Shown: positions 23,506-38,052, numbered from the stretch's first letter. The stretch is 64,000 nt of DNA from Paraspadella gotoi (GCA_051294375.1 CM119263.1:13594414-13658413); one strand, 5' to 3'. A program made the numbers and translations. The notes: generated by a model not told the origin, from the letters alone.

Positions 23506-26500
23506 TCAACCCTGCGCGTGCATTTTGTCGAGAATCGGGAGGATCATGTCGAACTTGGGTCTTTTCGACGGATCCTCGTTCATGCAGATGCGGATCAGTT
23601 TGGTCATGTGGGGCGATAGTCCGGGGGGAATTGGGAGACGGAGTCGTTCCAGCGCCACCTGAGAGGAAGACGAAAAATGAGACTTGAGACAAGTGGCGTC
23701 TCTTTGGGATTTCGTTTCATCAAGATCTTCAAAGTTGTGCATTGTGTGTTTTTTTTCATGAGGCTAATGAAAATAAACATTTTTCTCGGTTTTTACTTAG
23801 AAATATCATAATAAAANNNNNNNNNNGGGGCTAATGAAAATAAACATTTTTCTCGGTTTTTACTTAAAAATATCATAATAAAATGTCCGTCCTCGATTTT
23901 TCGTAAAGCCCTTCTTATTCCATATGAGCAATCCCAACATTTTTCCGGTTTTGTAACTCAATTTTCCCCGTGTGCCCATGTTTTTATGACATACTTTCAT
24001 GCCGATTTCCATGTTCGACAATCCGGCGAAGGGGACTTCCCTCGTCTGCAGTTCCCACAACAAAACCGCGAAACTCCACATGTCGGCCGCGCGAAGATTA
24101 ATGTCCGAGGGAGCCTTCTGCATCGCTGAAGAAAAGGAAAGAAAAAAGTTGCGATTTGGCTGTGACGAACGTTTTAAGAACCATCTGGATTCGGCAAAAA
24201 TATTCGATATTATATCTAGTCCAAACCGAGTGAAATGAAGCTGAAATTGCAATATGGGGTTAAAATAATGATTGAAATGCCAAGAGGTGGAACAAAATGT
24301 TTGAAGAAGAAAGAAATATAATGAATTTCTCGCGTTTGATTAAGTGAAACTTGGTTGATGTGATTTTGAAAGGCGTTTAAAAACATTCCGCATATAAAGG
24401 GGAATGACGTGAAATAAAATAAAGTTAAAGAGAAGAATGTTTTATAGAAGTAGTGAACAAAATGAAGGACAGTTCGTTCAAAAGACTTGTCTGGAGAAGG
24501 GGCAAAGAGGGTTCGGCGGGAAGAGAAAAAGCGTGAAACTGAAAAGAAGCGAAACAAAATTGATGGAGGAAGAAAGGACTCGGGAGATAAAGTGGCTCCA
24601 ACGATACTCAGCAGCTATTTTTAGAAAAGAATGGTTGGGCAATATTCATAGAATACTTTCGCTTCTACAACTAAATGGAGATTCTGTGTAGCAAACAAGT
24701 TAAAGACGGATGAAGCTGAAAAAGTAAAGCATTTTCCAACCTTATCAAGTTTATTTACTATAGATATATAAAAAAGGGAGAAAAACCCATTCCGTCAGTT
24801 CCCAAGATATAAAAATATAAACACACACATAAAAAGAAAATAGTGTTATACTATAAATTTCTAGGCGATATTTCCATTTATATCTCGATCCCATATTTTT
24901 TCGTGAATAATAAACGGGTTAAGCGCCTGAGACGAAGCTACTTCCTGGATTAAAAATGCATCCCAGAGCCATTTCGTGATAAACTTTAGGCAAAAAAAAA
25001 AGCGACGCCCCACTCGTCCGCTTAATCGCCCCACTTGCCCGCTTAATCGCCCCACTTGCCCGCTAAACCGCCCCACCCGCTTGACTTACCCTCCGGCGCC
25101 AGCCACGCGGGCGCGTAGTGTTTTCCTCTTTCCTGAAAGGAAAACTTGGCGTCGCCCATGTTGATCCGGGCCGTCAACTCCTCGTCGATAAGAACGTGCC
25201 TGCCAAAGTAACGACGAAAAGTAAACAAAAACCCTCGTTTCCCTAGCGACGTGCGACTCAGAAAAAGTGAATAGAACCCCTCGTAAACAAAACGCAGCTG
25301 GTGCGCTCTTTTGGGCTCTCCCCATCCTACACTTAAGGGGAAGGACCGAAAAAGTTTCAGAAAAATAAAAAAAGAATTATACTTGGTGGTTAAAGTAGGT
25401 TAAAGTGGTCACTTTTCAGTTTTATCCTTCTGTAAACTTTTAGCATTCATTAATACATAATCCATATACAAAGAATAAAATATACATAATATATTATTTA
25501 TCATAATTTTTTCCGGGAAAATACATGCGATGCAGTGAAAACGAGATCATCTCTGTGAGTAAAGATTCTAAAGTTGTAAAAGAAATTTCGATCTTATGTA
25601 TAGTATTATATGTATACAATATATATTATATAAGTACTTAATCTCTCTCTCTCTCTCTCTCCCTCTCTCTCTCCACGAACCGGGAGGTGAGTTGGAATCT
25701 TTGGATAAGGGGATCGAGCGAGTGGAGGAAAGCCATCCCGCCCGCGATGTCAATGGCCAACTTCAACGCCTGAGCCTGATCCACCAAAAGGCCTGCAAAT
25801 AGGAGACAATTATATCTCTACAGATTTGAACAAAAACATCCCATCCGTGGACTTTTCTACCGCGGCCAAGCACTGCGTGACGATCTCATTACCGGTTCCT
25901 TCGTGAAGGATGTTGAAGAGCGAGCCGTTGGGCATGTACTGACCGATCACCACCAGATTCGGGGGCTGCGTGCAGGCGCCGATTACAGGCAACACGTTTT
26001 GGTGCGAAAAAATCCTGGAAAACGTTTGAAAATAATTATTTTTATAACTCTGTAAACCTCGTAAACATTAAAGGATTTGCTGTAGTCAATATGAATTAAA
26101 CAACAGAACATATTAATCAAATCAATCGACATAAAAATGACCACAACCTCTCTCCACTCGCCTGAGTCTCGGGTATTCCTCCTGAAAGTCCCTGACGATC
26201 CTTTGGGTGATCTCGCGAATGTTGAGGATCTTCGCGGCGATGTCCATCTCCTGCCAACGACCCTTCCAGAGGTCGCCCGACGCGTTCGACGCCAGGCGAC
26301 CCTGCAGGTTGAGGCTGTTGATGTCGATGCCGGAGTGTCGAGAGAGAGTCGCGTCTTTGAAGGAGAGTGGATTTTGTCGGAGCGAAGAGTGAAAAAGGGA
26401 GAGGGGGTGGAAGTTTGGTGGAAAGGATAAAAAAATTGTTTTTAACATCGGGAAAATAAACAAAAGAATAATGCTTATCTCTCGGTTGAATAAATAAAAG

Positions 26501-26515
26501 GAAAGTTTAATGATA

Positions 26516-26605
<90 letters not shown>

Positions 26606-28288
26606 ACGTAAGTTTTGGCGAAAGTTTTTCAAATGTTTTATTGACATGAAGGGAGTTGTTGTTTTAACTAAAAAGATCGACATGCTATAAGCTAAGAATA
26701 AACTACTTTACGAAAAAAGGTAAACTTAAGGTAACAATAAAATGAATTTGTGAGGATGTATCGTTAATGGTCTTTACCTCCGAAAAAAGCTGAGGGCAGA
26801 AAAGCAAAACAGAAAGCGATTAAGCAGAATAAAGCGAATTAGTATTGCGCTGCTCTTAATTTTTAATGTTTAATTAGTTCGACATTTAGGGTCGAAATTA
26901 ATCCTATATCAAAAATATAAAATAGAAAAAATATAACAGAAAAGGAAAAAGGTCAATTAGGATTGGAAATAAAATAAATAAATAAATAATAAAAGGTAAA
27001 CAAACAATTCATTTTCTACCTCAAACAAATAACTCAACCAAAAGAAAGGAAAACAAACAATGTCGAGAAATAATTAATATGAAGAGGGACTGAGTGACAG
27101 AGAACATACGGATACGTCGGATATGCAATCAGTCAGAAGAAACGGCCAACAGACAGACAGACAGAAAGACGACATACAGACAGATGAAGGAGATAGCCAT
27201 CTAATTTTAGTAAAAAGAGACAAAAAAATTAAGATTTAAAGTAGATTAAGGGCAAGTGTGGGAAAGGCCTGTGGTAAGTCGACTTAACTGGATAAAACCA
27301 AATGTCAAAATATAAGAATGGACCCGGAATAACAAAGCGGACCTTCCCATCCCCGATAACATCCAATGCTCACTCGATCTCAATGTCTTCGTTCCCCTCC
27401 AGTTTTGATCCTTGAAGGCGATGACCCCACATCCTGCCCCAAGCGTTTACCGGCCTTTTCGGTGAGGGCGGCCTTGAGGCCCGGACGGGCGCGATCCAAG
27501 AGCCGTCTGCCCGTATTTGGTTGGCGATAGATGACAGGGCGCCCGTGGTGGACGAGGTTCTGCGATTAACGAGAAAAATGGGGATATAAGCGTTAAATTT
27601 AATACTAAATATAGAGAGATTTGAAATATTTTGAAATAAACTGAAATCTACATTTCGTTTTCATTTTTTGAACATTCGCAATTTAACCGGCCTCCAATAA
27701 CCAGCCCGTCGAGCACCTCGGCCAGCCTCTCGTGGCCCCAAAATGCGGCGTAGTGGACGGGAGTGTTGCCGTGTTCGTTGGCGGCGTTGACGGAAGCTTT
27801 GTTGGCGAGAAGAAGCGCCGCCACCTCCTCGCGTCCCAGCGACGACGCCAAGTGCAGCGGCGTGTCGTCGCCCATGTTCTGCGCGTTGACGCGGGCGCCG
27901 CGCTGCAGCAGCATCTCGCAGATGTTGAAGTGACCCTCGCGGGCGGCCCAGTGGAGAGGAGAGAATCCGTGGTCGTCGCTGAAAAGGAGGATAGAGTTAT
28001 TGACTATTGAGGAACTTGGTTTCTTGATTTATATTAGTTTTATTAATTGCTACACAGAATTTATCAATATTCACTTCCCTTCTATTAAGAACTTATTTTA
28101 AAAAATTTACATTTTATGTGACAAAAGATTTAAAATACCATCGTTTACTTAAATCTAATTGATTCGATTGATTTGATTTGATTTGATTTACGGTCTTACC
28201 CTTGATTCAAGTCATTTTCGATGTTGTCCAGCCAAACGCGAACGTGAAATGCGTTTCCTTCTCTCACCATCGAAAAAATGTCCTCCAT
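23506..28288 (-). CDS. ILK: Integrin-linked kinase (ankyrin repeats plus pseudokinase)
   Basis: Exons 28288-28200, 27978-27717, 27559-27374, 26354-26162, 26014-25893, 25792-25681, 25199-25090, 24125-23995, 23658-23506. Motifs MEDIF...[88 protein letters not shown]. Exon 3 carries several apparent 1-nt indels. Confidence 0.97.
23762..23884. other. Assembly gap with a ~55-bp duplicated overlap on both sides
   Basis: GGCTAATGAAAATAAACATTTTTCTCGG... occurs immediately before and after the Ns at 23817-23826. Other gaps are at 4217-4226 and 18753-18777. Confidence 0.9.
25004..25085. repeat. 21-bp minisatellite (~3.5 copies) just after the ILK exon 7 donor
   Basis: CGCCCCACTTGCCCGCTTAAT unit with variants. 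Confidence 0.85.
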
Positions 28289-28942
28289 GTTTGTTTTTAA
28301 ATGTTTGATATAAATTTTGTTGTTCGTCAACGTTTTTTTCAAATTCACGTTTTTATTTTATTTAACATCTTGATTTTAGATTTAACGAAGATTTTCGAGA
28401 TTACATCCCCTCCGCTCTCGTTTTATCTTGAATCATTACGTGCCGTTCATCTGCGAATTATTTAGAATGCATTTCATTTTGTAAATATTTTTTTAAAGAT
28501 GGTAAGTAGTAAGTAAGTAGTAGTAACAAACAAAAAATAAGTCACTATTTGATTAAAAAAAAAACAAAAAAACAGTGACCTAACGAGCGAACGAGCGAAC
28601 GAAAGGCCCCACGATCTTGAACTTCGTAGGATAAAATATTTTCACTCAATGATCACAGAAGCATAGGAATCGAGTATGTAACGCCATTAGGAAGAAACAG
28701 ATGCAAAAACAACAGTGATTTTCGAAAAAAAAAATGGGATTGATGAGTGTGATACATGGCTTAGACGTTCTAACTTTAAGTTCAAGTTTTGTGAATATTA
28801 GCAAATAACTTATTCCCAGTATATATTTTAGTGAAATAAAAACGGGTCATCGAGAAGAAAGCGAAGAGATTTCGAATCGACTTTCATGCAGAAATACTAA
28901 AACTCGGGTGGGCTGTAAAAACTTTGCAGAGGGAGAGAAAAA

Positions 28943-29019
<77 letters not shown>

Positions 29020-31173
29020 TCCGATTGAGCCAGTACGCCATTGTTTTCACTAGTGATGCAAGCCGGGGCCGTTTGAAGGCAGAGGGGCTTTTCGTGAGCC
29101 GGTCCGACACTACGAGTGCTGTGGACTACGATTCGTGAATGAGTGAATTAAGACGAATAGGGGAAGAAAGTTGAGGGGTGGGGGCTAAAATAAATAATGA
29201 TAGATAAGAGAGAAAAAGAGTATTCTAATATATACAGGATGGCAATTACGCTAAACGATTTTTCCTGTGACCAAAACATTTTTTCTCCTCAAAGATTACA
29301 TTTTTGCGTTAAAGAGAACTTACTGCGAACCGCTTACCAACTTCGATTTATATTATGTTATATTATATTATGAATTTTTACAGAAAGTAACAGAAAAACA
29401 AAATCAATTTTAGGGACTCAACATACGTTTTGACAGATCAATATTTATACTATATCGCAAACATGGGAGAACAAAACCACAAACAAGAATGCTTTTTAGG
29501 CGATTCAGATTATGAACATATGGTTTTATTTCGAATTCAACAAGGTTGATTCAGTACATACAGGAGCATCAAAAAAAAGCTAAGTCTAAAGACAAAACAA
29601 AGTTAAAGATTGCGTGAAAACTACCACTATAGACAAAAAAAGGTTAATTATTGAATAAAATATTTCAATCATTAAAAAGAATGCCACCCATATTGTGGTG
29701 ACTATTTTATTCTCTTCCAAAATCGACGATATCGAGGCGCCTTATGTACGTACAGAGAAAAAAGTTTTGATAAATAGTTTAATTAAATTTAGTGCTATGT
29801 ACTCTTTAAAACATCATTTATAACAATACCGTTACTCATGAATCGTGTTAGAAACAAAGGAACAAAACTAGTCGCTTTAATGTCCCGTGAGAAGTATTTG
29901 AGAACATCATTATCGGCTGAAATTCGTCTCCGAAAATTATAGAGTTTTATTAATTTTTAAATAAAATATTGATTAGGTGAGTAGAAAAGACGATCGCCTT
30001 GAGACGCCTGCTAGTGGCATTCGCTTTTCTCTCACCAGACGGCGCGGCGATCTTTAAGAAGTACTCCTCATCCGCAGCCGCAGCGGACCCCTCCGCGACC
30101 GCCGCTGTCGCAGCTCATCACCGCCGCCGACGCGGCGTCGCGGTGACTCAGAGAACGCGGTAACATAGCGCCACTGACGCCGAGTCGCCGATGACTGAAA
30201 AACCGCCTGTCCTGCCGAAAACTGGTCCTGGTTTCTCCTTTGATCTAGAAACAAATCGACGACGAAATCGAGGCGACTTCACGGTTTGTTTTTTTTTTTT
30301 GCCAAAAAAATTCCCGAGATATCCTTGGGGGAGTGGAACGGAAAGTCAAACAAAAAGTGGGCGAAGTTGTTTTGGAATTTCCAATTCCGCATCGGCTTCG
30401 TCCCCCGCGATGCGAAAATGTTGGAAACGCCGAAACGCGAATAGCACTATCGTCGTTAAAATTAAAAAAAAGGAATATTTTTTTATTTTTAATATCCGGT
30501 TCAATTTTTCGGCTTTTATCGACGCAGCACAAACATGAGGTTTTTATATAAAATATACTTATTCTATTCTTAAATAGTAGCTTTAATTAAACATTAATTT
30601 GAGGTAAAAATATTTGACACAATAACTGATTTTTCCTGATCAAACCTGAAAATTTTAATTTTGTAAAGAAAATTCGGTTATTAGTAATGACTGAAAACGT
30701 GACTATGGAAACCGTCAAGCAAACAAATTTCTCTTCCTCAAAAAAAATTTGTTAGTTTCTTTCTGATTCTTTTCAATATCGATGAATCCTCTTTTAATAT
30801 GATTAATAGCAAACGGAAGGGACTATTGCTAAAAATTTCCCATTCGTGGCAGAACTAAAATTTTTCTTGCCTTTATGAGTTTATTCTTAAACGCTTTACT
30901 TTTTTTAGATTAATATTCATATAATCTTTATAAGATAAACGTACAATTATTTTTATGATGTTCATGAGTTCAATCTTTGTTATTAATAAGTGTACATTTT
31001 GGTTTTTTTAACTATAACCGCGTTTTATTACTAAAGATTTAATTGTTTTCCTATTATTCCGATTATTCCGCGCTTCGTTCTGAATTAATAAAATAGCTTT
31101 TACGGTTTTTTTCAGGAATCTTTCTCTATAGTTACCGCATAACCTTTATGATAGGTTGTGCCATTTCTGTCTT

Positions 31174-31210
<37 letters not shown>

Positions 31211-31863
31211 TTCCGAATAAAAATCATAAGTGAAGAAGAAAAGAAAAACATATATATGCAATAATTTTTGTGTTTCGTTGTATAAATACTATACTATAAA
31301 TCAGTAGTGTAAGTTTGACCTCGTTTTCTTCTAAAGAGGTCCAGAAATTCGGCCTATAGGTCGTTCCCTCTTAAGAAGCGAACGATTCCTTCCATCCGAA
31401 AATCCTTGAAAAACCATTACCATAGCCGCGTTGGCTCAAGTCCGGAAAAACCTCGACTATCTTTCGCTTCTGTTTTTTACTGCCGTGTGGTTCCCCCTTT
31501 TTTTTGGTAGGGGAGGGAGAGGGGGTAGGGGTCGATCGTTCGTCAATCGCCGTGGCATCTCCGATGCCATCCACTCCCCCCTTTCGCGATTTTTTATCGA
31601 AACTCTACTGGCTGCTGACCGCCCGGCTCGTTTTCGGTTCCAACACGATTCGCCCCTTGTCAGAAAGAGAGGAGAGAGAGAGGAGAGAGAGAGAGAGAAG
31701 AGATGAGAGAGAGGAGAGAAGAGAGAGAGAGAGAGAGAGTAGACAACGTTGTCTCTGAGTCTCCCTGGAATCCTGTCCTCAGCGTAAACTCAGGCAATAA
31801 ACGGAAATCCTATCGCGTTTCGCGTGCGGTTTATGAAAAAAAAAGTAGCGGGAAGAAGAGAGA

Positions 31864-31952
<89 letters not shown>

Positions 31953-32602
31953 ATGGTTTCTGTCGCAAAATGAAAAAAAATTAAATGATGGGTTCATGGC
32001 CGCTGCGTTAATCGAAAATAAAGAAGGATTACTTTATTTCGTATGGATAGAAAGTATAGAAATTGCGATGCGAGATTTATTTTTCACCAGTCTCTCTCTT
32101 CTCAATATTTTTTTATAATCTTTCTTATTCAAGGTAGAAATTTGAATATTTGATTCCGATCCTTCAGATTTTCTGGGGTTTTTTTATCGCTGCGATTTGA
32201 GAGGCAAACTCGAGACCCCAGAAATCGACTTTCGTTTCTTGACTTTTTATTTAAGGTTGTCTTTAAAAAGAGAACAAAGAAATTCATTTATCGATTTGAA
32301 CAACTAACTTCTCCACTTCACTTTATCGAAACGATGGTAATCAAAAACCAAAAGAATCGACAGGTAGTCGAATTTATTCAGTTTAAATCAAACGAAAATA
32401 AATTATATTTGGTGTACAAGAAAAGTTTCCGCGTTGAATAATAATTTTGGGTTCCATTAAAAATAGCGATTTAATCGGGGTAACATCTCGCAATCACTCT
32501 TATCTCGGGCGTGATATTCTTTCATTATCTCCGTTGATCAAGTTTCCGCCCTCCTTTCTTCTCGTTACTAATCAACCGCGCCCTTCGTCTCTCTCTCTCT
32601 TC

Positions 32603-32673
<71 letters not shown>

Positions 32674-33955
32674 ACAATTTTTTCTTCTCCTCCTTCTTAC
32701 TTTCCTTTTTCCATCTAATCAAAGAACTTTTTTTCTTTTCCCCCATTTTTGTTTTCTTTGCCTATCTTATCATCTATATATCTATCTATCTGTCTATCTA
32801 GCGTCACCTCTTGGTTTCTTTAAATATTATTTTATCCATCTTCCCTTAAAAAATTCTTATCTCGCCTTGTTCGATTCCATTACTCCACAATTTCTCGTGA
32901 CCCCTCTTCCCTTTTCGATCTCTTTTTTCTCTATCTCTGGTGGAACAAAACTTGTCTTTCGGACTTTTTCCCCATTTTTTCTATTTTTCTTTTTCCCCAT
33001 TTTCTTTTTACCTCCATCCGTTCCTTTCTCAGCCAGACTCTTTCTTTCTCCCGGTTCCTGTTTCTCTTTCCCTCCCCCCTCTTTCGCTTCTTTGAACGGA
33101 GATCCTTCTTTCTTTCTTTCCTTTGCTTCTCCCTCCTCCGATCCCAGCCTTCTCTCGTCTCTCGGCCATCGATTCCAATTTCGCGTCTTCGCCTTTCGGG
33201 TCACGTGGCATTTTAATCCTGTACAATATCGAAACTTAGTCGCTCCCATTTCTTTCACATTTCCTCCTCTCCCTCCTTTTTCCTCCTTTTTCCTCCTTTC
33301 CTTTTTATCCACCTCCTTCTGTTTTTTTCTCTGCTTTTAGTTTCACCCTTGACATTTAGCCGTCATATCATATTTAATTTTATACACTTTTATCATTGTA
33401 TTCCTTGATATCTTCAAACGAAAGGCTTCTTTTCGCCAAGTTTCAACAAAGAAAAATTTAATCTATGTATTCTTTATCTACGTAAATTAAAAATTCCTCT
33501 GCAGCAGAGTCTACTTTCCTCTTTTTTTTTTTCTCCTTCTTCAGTTTCTGAACCAAATTTAGTCACAGGCCACACTATGACTCATACCGTTCGGCACTAT
33601 CTTTACGAGTTACGTCGTCGCGTGACGAACGATCAACGGAGAAACCGTTAGTAGGTTAGGGTCAAAACGTCCAGACAGAAAACGTCCATCGTAATTTTCT
33701 GATTCAAGATTATAACACGTGACGTGGCTGAGATTCGGTAAGGGGGGAGGGCAGGGGGCGCGCGCGGAGAAAAGGAAAGGCCGCGCGACATGGAGTGGGA
33801 AGACTCGAGTCTCGGGTCAAATTAGATATTTTTCTTTCTCCGGCGAAAAAGCGAAAGAAAAAAAACCCGATAGAGAGTGAAAGAGTCGCGATCTTCGAGA
33901 CGAGAGATACGCCCCCTCTCGTTAGTGAGATAGAGGGAGAGAGAGAGAAATAGCG

Positions 33956-34043
<88 letters not shown>

Positions 34044-34583
34044 AAACTAAAGGTTGAAGAGTATAAAATGGAGTGGGGTGTTGAATCGGTATGGGTAGTA
34101 GCAAGATAGAAAAAGAAGAAAAAGAAAGAAAGAAAGAAAAAGAAAGAAAGAAAGAAAAGAAAAGAAAGAAAGAAAGAAAGAAAGAAAGAAGAGAAAGAGA
34201 AAAAAAAGAAAGAAAGCCCTCCAACAGTCAGAGGTCTTGGCTGGGACGTGATTCGATGTCAGAGGAGAAGTCGATAGAAAACCATTTTCTCGGTCCGATC
34301 GGAGAATCGATCAGAAAAGCATTGCGCCAGAAGATGGCATTAGAGAGTGGCATTAGGAGATGGCATCGGGTGGTTTGCGTCCAAAGATAACATCAAGAGA
34401 TGGTATCTGTCGCAATTCTGACTCGCGCTCTGGATTAAGACTTTTCATCTCGACGGGTGAGTGACGCGGATTACTGTTTTTTTTTTAATACGAGGAGTTA
34501 CGCACGCGCGCGACCTCCAAGTTCATCGTACGATTTATAACTTTACCGATTTTCCCGTTTCCCCTTCTCATCTGTTCAATTTA

Positions 34584-34666
<83 letters not shown>

Positions 34667-36196
34667 CCTCTCTCTCTCTCTTTTCCTCTTATTCATTACA
34701 TCCGTTTTTCTCTACTTACATAATAAACCTCCTCCCTTTTCCTTCCCCTTTCCCAGTGTCTCCTATGTTTTGTCACAAGATATATCTTGTTATTCGCTTC
34801 CGTCTGCAAGCAAAACGCGCAACACGCAAGGCAAGCACAACCAAAAAAATTTAAAAAATAAAAAGTTCCCTTTGTGTTTCGCTTTCGTATTCAGTTTTCT
34901 TTTTCTTTTTTTTTTATCTGCCTTCCTCTCTCAGTTTCTCTCCTCCCTCTTTTCAATTTCTCTATTCGTAGTCTCTTTCTCTTTTCTCGTCGTTCTGTTT
35001 TCTTCCTCTCCCCTTCTACCCTTTTTAAATTTGCTCCCATCCCATCTCCTCTTGATTACGATTTCCAGTCCTGGATTCTGTTATTCTGTTTTTCAATATT
35101 CTCTTCATTCGGCACTATTGATGCGACGATAGATTAACTGAGAGGAGATAGGTTAAGCAGTTAAGTAGCTTAATTTAATCTGAAAATTTCATTTTTATAT
35201 CTTTTACTCAATGTACAAGATCTAGCCCCAAGCGAAATTTATTATTTACAATGTGGTTGTCCTTTCCTGACCTCTATTTTACTTGTAAACGGAATAATGA
35301 ATGAAAATAAATTTTTCTCGGCAACTTTCCAGCTATTTTTTTAAAATTTTACTGTTAAACAAAAAATAAGATTTAAATATCGAAAAATTTTAGCCTTTTG
35401 TGATTTATATTATCTGGGTTTCATTTATGTATACCAAAAAAAGTAGGAGTACTGTACAAAAGAAAATCAGTTGTCCTGAAAAATGCTTCCTTCTTTTTTT
35501 TATTTTATAATTTATCACTTTTAATTTATATTAATTTCCGATTCTTTTCATTCAGTCATAACTCCTAGGGAGGTTGTACTATATATTAATACCTTTTTAC
35601 CTGCAAAAAAATATATTTGACAATGAAATTAACTTATTTTTACAAACCGCTCCAAATTTTTTTTTCCATCATGCTACTACACCTCTACCCTTTCATTATT
35701 TATTTATTTGAATTCATATTTGTCTTTATCTGCTCAGTTCTAGGCTTCTTACGTTCCCTCATACACGTCCCCCTTTTTCTACCCACTTTTCTCATCTCCC
35801 CTTCGTGTTCCATTGCCATCACCTTCCCTCGTCGTCGACCTTGAAGCGTAACACGGTCTAAGCGCCATCTTGCGAGTCAGAAAAAAACGTGGGGGGGGGG
35901 AAGGCTAAAGAGTTTTTTTTTTCCTTGTGTATTCTATGGCAGAAAAAAAAGGGCGTAATTATTCCTGGTCCTCTCGAGAACGGAGAGGATGAAGGCGAGT
36001 AGGATGGGGAGGAAAGAAAACGCGCGTTCTCTCGCCGATTTATTCCGTCGTCGCGCCAAGCACTATGACCCTTTTTCCTCGACGCCAAGCACCATGACCC
36101 TTTTTTCTCGTTCCCTTTTACCATCTTGCACTTTCACTTTTTTTATATTTTCCTTCCTCGAGAGGCGGAAGCTTCGGCGGCGTTCCTCGTGCTCTT

Positions 36197-36281
36197 ATTG
36201 GCCTATGAGGAAATCGCTTCCTTTTCTCAAAAGCCGATTGGTCCAGTTGAAAATTGCTTACGATTCTTGCCCTGTCATTGG
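36197..36281. promoter_or_regulatory. Triple CCAAT (ATTGG) box, NF-Y-type promoter module; YY1-like GCGCCATCTTG at 35862
   Basis: ATTGG at 36197, 36237 and 36277 (exact 40-bp period), in the long ILK/UGCG divergent intergenic region. Confidence 0.5.
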
Positions 36282-36404
36282 TCAGAATGCCGGAATCGGT
36301 TACCCTCTTTTCCCCCCTTTCATTCTTTTTTTTACCATGAGTGTTTTTCTTTCTATTTTTATTTTTATCCCTTTCAAATCTCTGTCTCTCTGTCTCTGTC
36401 TCTG

Positions 36405-36465
<61 letters not shown>

Positions 36466-38018
36466 ACGGCGCCGCCCAACGCGTTTTTCGTGAAGCCGGC
36501 TGCTTGGCTTCTGCCCGCGCACTGTCTCTATCTCACTCGCGTTTGCGCGCGCGCACGTGCTCAGATCACAAATTTTGACATTTCCTTCGTCGCGGATTCT
36601 CGATTTTCTCTTTTCGCGTCGTTCCAATTCTCTACGGCTCTGCATCCGTTGTTGTTTTTAAATTCGGCGTTTTGATTAAAGCTGATACAATAATCAATAT
36701 ATTATACAAATATTTAACAAAAGTATACGAGTACGTGTGGTTTTCATAAATTTAGAAAGTTCTTCAAAATTTTTACGACATTTTGTCATGGCTCAAAAAG
36801 CTTCAACATTAAACTATTAGCTTAAATACGTACATGACTCTGTACCATTTTAATTATATATTTTTTTAATATTAATTTTTCATTTCAAAGCTCCACCAAT
36901 TGACTTAACTTTGTTAGAAGTACGAATTTTGGCATGTAAATTTCCAATTTCATTGGATCCAAGGTGTTAAACAATCCTTCCTTAAAAGGAATTCTAATCT
37001 CATAGGATTCATTTGGAAGAATCTTTATTAAGTATATATGCCGTAAATGTTTCACAGTGTTTTTTTTTTTCTTTTACGCGAATGATGCCAACTACTAAGA
37101 GTCGCGCGTCAATGCTAAAATTAATCAATTTTTCAATTAATGTAATTGCATTTGATCTAGAAAATTGAATCTCTCGTTCCCACCCAAAGGTTGATTACTG
37201 GCTTACCACACCCCGCAGGGAAAAAGGAATCGCTTGACTAAATTCCCGGTCTTCGTGATCGGCAAACTCAATATTTTTTTTTCAATCTTTGTTAACCGAT
37301 TTTTTAAAAAAAATTTTGTTCCTAAAATATAAATAATCACGAGCTTCGAAAGGAACAACTGAGATCAGGTTGTAGATTCTGGTCTTCAAATTCGTCTCGG
37401 AGCTTTTTTTCGAGGGCTTCCCACAGGATTGTTTCGTAGTCCCGCCGACGACCAAGCCGGTTGAATTAAAAAGGTTTTTTTCGTGAAATAAATTTTATCA
37501 CAAAAAGAGAACCTTTTAAATTTTACGAAAGGATTAACGACTACTCCCCCTCGATTGAATACTAGAAATACTGCGTACCCTGCGACAAATAATTGCATAC
37601 CGGATTTTGCGAACAATGAAGCATTTATTGAAAGAAGAAAACTTTGATTTGATTCAAAAAGCTTATCCAATTATTGCTGAGTCACGACGAGACGAATTTA
37701 CTGGCGATACAGACGGGTTTTTTAAGTGCGTCCGCGGTCTTTTGGTGATAAGACCCGTTTATCGATTGTCTGCTCCAGTTTGAAAAATAACGTAATAAAG
37801 TAAACTTCATTAAGGATTGCATGAATATGTATAACTTGACGGTACAACGACCAGGGGCCACGTTCGTATGCATACCTCCCACATCTTAATCCAGGCGTGA
37901 CGATGACTAGACTTCGAGAAAAGCGGCTTAAATAGAAATCAACCTTCACACGGATATTCTTCTCGCCTTTTCTCTCCCATTATTCACCTTTCTCTCTTTT
38001 CAATTCAAAAGACTTTCC

Positions 38019-38052
<34 letters not shown>

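Noticed and set aside
425-28288. Functional cluster linking the Tyr-motif receptors to ILK adhesion signalling
   Set aside because: Neighbourhood alone is weak evidence in a metazoan genome, and no synteny data are available.
31371-36675. Many long ORFs (for example 32447-33340, 34461-35132, 35989-36675)
   Set aside because: They are produced by (CT)n/(AG)n and T-rich low-complexity tracts that lack stop codons. The translations are LSLS/RERE/F-rich, with no splice or domain support.
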